From the human T2T-CHM13v2.0 reference genome, Homo sapiens, in assembly GCF_009914755.1 (NCBI RefSeq), contig NC_060941.1: 64,000 bases of DNA, one strand, 5' to 3'. The notes beneath the pieces are model-generated. The model did not search any database. It was given only the letters and a program-made list of their open reading frames with translations, and was not told the DNA's origin. The translations under genes were made by a program, and so were the position numbers. Each line of letters opens with the position of its first letter. The stretch's first letter is position 1. Below, piece by piece: positions 48,500 to 64,000 of the stretch.

Positions 48500-49150
48500 C
48501 ATCACGTCATGTTCCCATGTCACGAGGCCTGACATCACCTCATGTCCTGTCCCCATCTCACCTCACATCCCGTCACCTCATGTCCCCGCATCACCTAAAG
48601 CCCCATGTCACCTTTGTGTCCCATACCCCCATCTCACATGCCTACCTCATGTCCCCATGTCACCTTCACGTCCCATCTCACCTCACCTCCCCTCCCCACC
48701 CCACCTCACCTCCCCTCCCCTCCTCCCCTCCCCTCCTCACCTGACCTCCCCTCCCCACGTCACCTCCCTTCCCCTCCCCACCTCACCTCCCCTCCCCACC
48801 TCCCCTCCCCTCCACTCCTCACCTACCCTCCCCATGTCACCTCCCCTTCCCTCCCCACCTCCCCTCCCACCCCACCTCCCTTCCCCTCCCCTCCTCACCT
48901 GACCTCCCCTTCCCATGTCACCTCTCCTCCCCTCCCAACCTCCCGTCCCCATCCCACTTCACCTCCCCTCCTCACCTGACCTCCCCTCCCTATGTCATCT
49001 CTCCTCCCCTCCCACCGCACCTCCCCTCCCCTCCTCCCCTCCCCTCCTCCCCTCACCTGACCTCCCCTCCCTACCCCACCTCACCCCCTCTCCCCTCCTC
49101 ACCTCCTCTCCTCCTCTCCCCATTCATCCTCACACTCCTGCTTCCCCCAT
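48500..49150. repeat. C/T-rich low-complexity repeat (cacctcccct / catgtc units)
   Basis: Near-absence of G on the + strand over about 480 bp (48670-49150). Confidence 0.9.
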
Positions 49151-49444
49151 CTCTAAGGTGACTGGGGAATGTCCAGTGGGTGTTAGGCATGTGGTGGGAG
49201 TGTGGCCCCCAGGGCTGTGTAGACAACAGGACCCTGCAAGGAAGGGGCTTTCCAACAGTGGGGCCTAAGACTTTAGGCAGAGGCCAGAAATCTGTCCCCA
49301 AGTGATGCAGTTAGAGAGGATTTCAGGCCCAGGTTCTCCCTGGCAAGCCCAGAGAAAGGGAAAGAAGCCCATTTTATTGAAATAACAGCAGGAGAAATCA
49401 CTGCCCTTAGCCAGTCAGACGCTTCAGTTTATCACTTAGAATTA

Positions 49445-50330
<886 letters not shown>

Positions 50331-50919
50331 AGTGGCCAACCCCGAAGTCCTCTGCAGAGCGATGGATTACTTTTGCCACCTTCCTGAAAACCAGGAGCAG
50401 AAAGTACAGTGACTTCCCCGTGGAGCAGCATGACATCCCTGGGGGGCAGTGTGTCTACCTGGGTGACCAGCACTATTGTCTTCTGGGTCAGCTTTTGTAG
50501 AAGCGGACACTGCTCTTCTGCCATGTCACAGGCCAGGGCCTGACCCCCGTGTGCCACTTTTACCATCCAGATTGACATCACTAAGTCATCTCGCGCCCTA
50601 AAGTTCCTCTGTAAGGTGGACGTAGTAGTGACAATAACATATGTTACTTCCTCCCCTCATCCTAGTCCCATGTGGGGTTAAGAAGCAGGAACGTTTGTCT
50701 TGAGGCCAGCAGCGTGCCTGGTCTCGGTGCTGAGGGCGACCTGCCCTAACGCTCTGCCAGGCTCGCCAGGTCTGCAGTTGACACCCAAGACGGTCAGGGA
50801 GGGTTGATGGAGCGTGGTAGCCTCGGCCAGCCTGGACCGACCATCAGCGTCCTCACCTTCTGTGCCACCGCCCAGCCTGGCAGGGCCACTGTAGCCTTAG
50901 CCCCTTGTAGGATCTGACC

Positions 50920-52160
<1,241 letters not shown>

Positions 52161-53794
52161 CAATGTGGATGTGGACCCCAGGCAGCCTTGTAGCGGAGAC
52201 GTCTTAGTGCCGGGGAGCGTTCAAGCTGGCACCCTCCGCCCTGGGAGAAGACATCCTGGGGGTCTCGTGGCTCAGCCCTCTCATATCTCTCCCAGCTCAG
52301 CCTCTAAAACAAGGCCTGCTGTTGGTGACAAAACGCTCTTGGCTCATGTTCTGGGCAATGAGTCACTGCGTGTGGCTGGGCCAGCTTCACAGGTGTGACC
52401 CATGCAGGCCCACAGGCCCCGAGCTCAGCAGGCTGCAGCTGGGTTTAATGCTCCACGGTCACCATCTTGAAATTGTGAATAACTTTTGAACAAGGGGCCC
52501 CACAGCCTTTCATTTTGTGACGGGCCCTCGGCAAATTCTGCGGCTGGTCCTGCAAGGGGTGGTGCGTTCTCTCCCGTTTACGTTGGTATAGATGAATATA
52601 AACGCTTCCTTTCTTTCCTTGCCTGGTGGGGAATGGATCAGAAAGCCAGGGCTGATGATAGAAACCAGCAGAGAATCTCCAAGTGTAAGACATTAGTCAA
52701 AGGCCCGGCGTGGAGCCCACAGGTCCTTAGCGTTCGGAAGACGATTGCCTTCCCAGCCCACTCCAAGGAAGAATCAGTGCTGTCTGGCAGCAGCCTCCAG
52801 GTGTGTCTCCACAAAGGCCCAGCTTTCCTTTTTGCAAATCAATGACATCAATAATCCGTTACATGGCCTGCAGAGAAGCCCTCTGGCGGCCACTGTGGGG
52901 CCCTGTGGGCCTTATGCCTGCTCTTCCTGATCTGGTGGAGGCTCAGAGAGGAGCTAGGACAAGGGATGGTGCCCCTATACCACCCCACCCCCACATACGT
53001 GCCTGCAGAAGGCCACATGACCAGGATTATGGTGGGTGAGGGCCAGAGGGAAGGCCCAGGTGAGAGGGTGGAATGTGAACAGGCTGGTTATTTGCGTGCC
53101 AGGGACAAGAGAGAAAAAAGCTCAGCATTAGCAGAGAAGACGGACTTCTGCGGTGGCACCTACAGCTGTTCCCTTGGCCTCCCAAACAACCCAGGTGTGA
53201 CGTCGGGAACCGGGAATGCAGGCAACAGAGTGATTCCAGCTGCCTCACAAGGAAGAGGGTGTGTGGGAAGAGCAGAGCATCCGGGCTGGAAGCAGTCAGA
53301 ACCATGCGTGCAGCCGGACACTCATTGTTCTTCCCCACGTGTGCTGGGCACCCGCTCTGCGTCAGGCTCTGTTCCAGGAGTTGGGTGAAACGGTGACTGA
53401 AATAGACAGAACTCCTGTCGGTGATGCCCACGTGAGAGAATATAATCAATGGACAATGCACCGCACATATTTAAAATGTGCAAATTGATCCGTTTTGACA
53501 TGTGAATGTCTGTGAACCAGCTCTACAGTTAAGATGGTGACCATCTCCATCACCCTCAAAGTCTCCAGCTACCCACTGACTGGAAACCACTGGTATGTTT
53601 TTTGTCAAAATATATTTCTTTGTATTTTATAGAATTTTGTATAAAGGGGAATTTTTTTGTCACACACTACTCAACATAATTTCTTTGAGATTTATCCATC
53701 AATAACTCATCCTTTTTAGTTGCTAAATAGTTTTCCACTGTATGCAAATGCCACCATTTCTTTATCTGTCCTTTATGGATATCAGAATTGTTTT

Positions 53795-56084
<2,290 letters not shown>

Positions 56085-56099
56085 CCAAAAATCATTATG

Positions 56100-59000
56100 C
56101 TTTCCCCATAAAACTGCTTAAGTGCCTTTGTTGGAAATCCATTGACCATAAATGTGTAGTCTTTCTGAACTTTCTACTGTTTTCCCTGGATCTACAACAG
56201 GTCTATATTTATGACTATACCACACTGCCTTTGCTACTGTAGCTTTATAATATTTCTTGGTATGAGTAGTAGCTTGGTGCACTTTTCCAAAGTTGTTTTG
56301 GCTATGCTAGATCCTTTGTATTTTCATATAACTTCTAGAACTAGCTTGTCAATGTTTAGCCCTATCCCCACTCTCCCAAAAAAGGCTTCCTGATATTTTG
56401 GTTGGAATTGTGTTGAGTCTGTACATCAACCTGGGGAGAACTGATGTCTTAACAATATCGACTCTTCCAATCTGCTCAGTGTATCTCTCATTTATTTACA
56501 TCTTTAATTCTCACAGCAACGTTTTGTAGCTTTCAATTACAGAGCTTGCTCATCTTTTGTCAAATATACCCCCAAGTATTTCATGTATTTGATGGTACTG
56601 TATATGGTGGTGTTTTCCAAATTTCCCATTCCAAGTGTTCATTCCTGGCATATAGGAATACAACTGACTCTTCTATATTGACTTTGTAGAATGCTACCTT
56701 CCCGAAACTCAATTATTAGTTCCAGTAGCTTTGTGGTAGACTCCTTAGGATTTTCTACATAGAGAAACATATAATCTGTGAAGAAAGCCTTCTTCCTTTC
56801 CACCCTGGAGGCCTTTTCTTTCTCTTGCCTTGTTGCACTGGCCAGAATCCACAGTGTAATATTGAACAGAAGGGAGAGGACACCTGTGCCTTGTTCCTGA
56901 GAGGGTTACTGAAAGCCCCAATTGCCACTGTGGATTTGTCTATTTCCCCTTGCAGTTTTATCCATTTTTCCTTCCTATATTTCCTGTATTTTGAAGCTGT
57001 TATTAGGTGCATAGGTATTTAGTATTGTTATATCCTTTTAATGAATTACCCCTTTATCATTATCAAATGACTCTCTTTGTCCCTTGCAATATTCTTTGCT
57101 CTGAGATCTCCTTTGTCTAATATTAATAGAGCTGCTTCAGGTTTATTTTGATGGGTGCGTTACCATGGTGTATTTTTCTCCATCTTTTCACTTTTGTCTT
57201 TATATTTCTCATAAGCAATAGTATATAGTTGTGTATGGCTTTATAATCCAGCCTAACAATATCTGTCTTTTAATTTTGCAGTAGGCAATTTGCTTGTTTT
57301 CCCTTGCTCGTGCTTTTTGCTTTTTAAGTGTAATTTTAGAGGATGCATGAGATTCCTCATGATATTTGTGCTGAGATGTAATTCACATGCCATAACATTT
57401 ACCATTTTAAAGTATGCAATTCAGTTGTTAGTACACTTGTACAACCATCACGATTATCTAATTCCAGAACATTAGAATCACCTTCAAAAGAAACCCTATA
57501 CTCATTTTCAGCCACTCCTTGTTTCACCCATCCCCCTCCTCCCCCCTCAAGCTCCTGAAACCACTGTGAATGGTTTCCTGCTAATCTCTCTATGGATCTA
57601 CCTGTTCAGGACATTTCATGTAAATGGAATCACACCACGTGTGGCCTTTTGTGTCTGCCTTCTTCCACCTAGCATATTGCCGAGGTTCATCCAGGTTGTA
57701 GTGTGTCAGCACTTCATGCCTTTTTATTGCCAAGTAATATTGTGTGGATTCACCAGTTTTGCTTACAGCTGATGAACATCTGGCTTGTGTCCACTTTTTG
57801 GCTCTTATGAACAATGCTATGAACACATTAGGTTTATGTGTGCAGATTTTTTAATTCTCTTGAGTATAGACCTAGGAGGAGAATTGCTAGGTCAACTCCT
57901 ATGTTCAACATTTTGAGGAACTGCCAAGCTGTTTTCCATAAAGGCTGTGCCTGTTTACAATCCCACTAGCAATGTATGGGGGTTCCAGTTTCTCCACATT
58001 CTTCTAAACACTGCAGAGCAGTATATTAGTCCATTTTCATATTGCTATAAAGAACTGCCTGAGCCTGGGTGCTTTAAAAAGGAAAGAAGTTTAATTGACT
58101 CACAGTTCAGTGTGGCTGGGGAGACCTCAGGAAACTTACAATCATGGTGGAAGGCGAAGACGAAGCAGGAACCTTTTTCACAAGGTGGCAAGAAGTGCCA
58201 AGTGAAGTGGGAAGAGCCCCTTATAAAACCATCAGATCTTGTGAGAACTCACTATCACAAGAATAGCATGGGGGGAACTGCTCCCATGATTCAATTACCT
58301 CCACCTTGTCTGTCCCTTGACATGTGGGGATTAGGGGGATTACAATTCAAGATGAGATCTGGGTGGAGGCACAAAGCCTAACTAACTATATCAATCAGTT
58401 TGGGAAAGTTATCTTCCAATCCATGAACCTGGGACATTTATATATTTAGGTTTGCAATGCCTTTCAACAAGCTATTTGTAGTTTTCGGTGAACAAGTATA
58501 GCCCTTCTTTTGTTAAATTTATTCCTACATATTTCACTCTTTTTGATGCAATTGTAAATGGAATTATTTTCTTAATTTCATTTTCAGGTTGTTCAGACTG
58601 CTAGTGTACAGAAACACTGGCTTTCCTATGTTGAACATATATTCTGCAACCTTGCTGACCTCATTTATAAGTTCTGATAGGTGATTTTTTAAATGTGTAA
58701 ATTCCTTAAGATTTTCTAGGTATAAATCATGTCATCTGTGACTAGAGAGTTTTGATTCTTCCTTTCCGATCTGGATGCCTTATTTCTTTTCTTGCTTAAT
58801 TGTCCTGGCTCATAACTTCCAGTACAATGTTGGAATAGACGTGGCAAGAGCATTCTTGTTTTGTTCCCAACCTTAGCGGGTAATGCTGTGGTTTTTCATC
58901 GATGCTGTTTATCAGGTTGAAGCAGCCCCCTTCCATTCTTATTTTCTATCTTGAAAAGGTGCTGGATTTTGTCCAATGCTTTTTCTGCATCTGTAAATCA

Positions 59001-60400
59001 TTATGTGGACTTTGTCCTTTATTCTATTGATAGGGTGTATTACATTGACAGATTTTTGGATATTAAACCAACTTTCCATTCCTGCGATAAATCCCACTTT
59101 GTCAGTGTACAATCCTTTTTATATGTTGCTGGATTTGTTTTGCCAGTTTTTTGAGGATTTTTACATCTATATTCATATGATATTGATCTAGTTTTTTTTG
59201 TGGTAGCTTTGTTTTGGTATCAGGTAATGCTGGCCTCAGGGTGAGTTGGGAAATGTTCTGCCTTATATTTTTTGAAAGATTTCGTGATCCAGCACTTTGG
59301 GAATCTGACGGGGGCAGATCACAAGATCAGGAGTTTGAGATCAGCCCGGCCAACACAGTAAAACGCCGTCTCTACTAAAAATACAAAAAATTAACCAGAT
59401 GTGGTGGCAGGCACCTGTAATCCTAGCTACTGGGAGGCTGAGGCAAGGGAATCACTTGAACCCAGGAGGCGGAGGTTGCAGCAAGCCAAGATTGTGCCAC
59501 TGCACACCAGCCCAGGCAACAGTGTGAGACTCTGCGTCAAAAAAAAAAAAAAATTGTGATGGTGATAATTCTGTAAAAGTTTGGCAGGATTCACAAGCCT
59601 TGGCTTTCCTTTGTTGAAAGTTTGGTTACTGATTTAATCTGTTTGTCCTAGGAATTTCTCCATTTTATCAAGGTTCATCTGTTGGCAAACAATCCATGGC
59701 ACTGATACTTTGTATTCTGTACAGTCGGCTGTGCCATCACCTCTTTCATTCTTGATTTTAGTTATTTGAACCTATTTTTCCTTAGACTTGCTAAAGATGT
59801 GTCAATTTTGTTGATCTTTTCAAAGAATGAACCGTTGGTTTTGTTGATTTTCTCTATTATTTTTCTATTCATTTATTTCTACTCTCATCTTTATTATTTC
59901 CTTTCTTCTGCTTCCTTTGGGTTTAGCTTGCTTTTCTTTTAGTTTGAGGTGAGACAGACAATCTGCAATAAATGTAATTATTGACACGGTTGTTTTCAAC
60001 CTACTACCGTTTTGTATTTGTCCATCTCGTAAGTTCTCTGTTCCCTTTTCCTTCCTTTTCAGGATTCTTAGATTAAGTATTCCTTAGAACTCTTATTTTG
60101 TCTCCTACGTTGGCTGTTTATTTCTGTTTCACATTTTTGTATTGCTTTAAAGGTTCATACCTAAAAATTGCTTAACACTTTTATATATGTTTCACATCTT
60201 TAATTCATCACAATCTGCCTTCAAGTAATAGTGTAAGAATCTTGACAGTATACTTCCATTACTCCTTTCTTCGGTGCTGTGCTATTTTCGTCATACATTT
60301 TATGTCTATGTATTATTTTAAACAATCTTACTACAAAGAAACATGCCAACAGCATCAACATTACCATTCTATTTCTATACTTTAGACATACCTCAAAGGG
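56100..60400 (-). mobile_element. Degenerate L1 block interrupted by a THE1/MST LTR (about 58022-58393) and an Alu (about 59287-59552)
   Basis: T-rich L1 antisense motifs; MaLR LTR signature. Confidence 0.7.
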
Positions 60401-60637
60401 TCAGGACACTCTAGCTCTTGGTTAGAACCCTTTTTATGTGGTTTTTCTTTTAGGAAAATTGCCTGGCTTTAAGACAAGGCATCCTATATGTATTTGTTGA
60501 ATAAATTTCAACCACCCAAAAAAAAAAAAAAAAAAAAAAAATATACCATTAGGAGTATAAATTGGTGGAAAATCTTTCTGCAACGTTAATTTGAAACATG
60601 TACCTTGATCAAGAAAATCACTTCTAAAGATTATTCT

Positions 60638-63575
<2,938 letters not shown>

Positions 63576-63649
63576 AGTGAGTGAAATGACCCAAGACTAC
63601 ACAGTAAGTTACTAGAGAAGGTGGTGGCACCTTAGAAGTATAGAGTTTA

Positions 63650-63880
63650 TGGGAAAAGTTTTAAATTTTTAATGAAAAAGACTTAGAACAATGTATTATT
63701 TACATGTAAATAAGAAAAGAGAGCAGAATCCCCATATCCTCTTCAAAGGAAGGGAGACGGCAGGCCATTTATGAGAAGAAAGTCCATATAAACCCCATTA
63801 AGTAGAATCTGGATCTAAATACTTCCAAACAGGAGTACACAGCAGGTGAACAGTCTCCCTCATCCCACTGATCTGCTGCT
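63650..63880 (-). other. EIF4A3: EIF4A3 proximal 3'UTR; ATTAAA signal on the minus strand at 63668-63673
   Basis: Follows the TGA stop; variant hexamer; 3' end approximate. Confidence 0.7.
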
Positions 63881-63897
63881 TCAGATAAGATCAGCAA
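63881..63897 (-). CDS. EIF4A3: EIF4A3 (exon-junction-complex DEAD-box helicase), last coding exon
   Basis: Minus strand ttcttcactttcag|TT GCT GAT CTT ATC TGA = (V)ADLI*, the eIF4A C-terminus; EIF4A3 is the known convergent neighbour of GAA. Confidence 0.88.
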
Positions 63898-64000
63898 CTG
63901 AAAGTGAAGAAAGAAACAGATTAAGGAACAACACAAACAAAATGAAAATTTGTTAACGTAAATTTAACTAAAACCTCACAACAGACTTCTCAAAACAAAA

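Noticed and set aside
48351-49268. Pro/Ser-rich ORFs
   Set aside because: Translation of a C/T low-complexity repeat.
60430-60545. AATAAA followed 12 nt later by about A24, resembling a retrocopy 3' end
   Set aside because: No convincing TSD; tatttgttgaataaat resembles an L2 3' terminus next to a simple A-tract.

Overview
Human (primate) genomic DNA, recognisable as the chr17q25.3 CCDC40-GAA-EIF4A3 locus. On the + strand are the last ten coding exons of CCDC40 (exons 11-20, stop at 28214). About 1 kb further on is the CpG-island, TATA-less, double-CLEAR promoter and complete 20-exon GAA gene (lysosomal acid alpha-glucosidase; ATG 33026, stop 47810, AATAAA 48337). The convergent last exon of EIF4A3 is on the - strand (63881-63897 plus 3'UTR). 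The rest is Alu-dense intron/intergenic DNA with a Tigger1 relic, L1 fragments, MaLR/MER21 LTRs, several minisatellites and the Alu-derived MIR1268B. There are no prokaryotic-type systems. The most notable items are: (1) a 32-bp VNTR in CCDC40 intron 17 that can be spliced in as a terminal exon whose reading frame depends on copy number, and which is also an array of 12 CACGTG E-boxes; (2) a CCDC40 intron 12 that appears about 1.8 kb longer than the reference as I recall it; (3) an mRNA retrocopy inserted inside an Alu; (4) a uORF inside the alternatively spliced GAA 5'UTR intron; (5) several latent or known Pompe-disease splicing and deletion elements. Exon numbers and c. positions come from my recollection of the RefSeq models and were checked only for internal consistency of phase and length.
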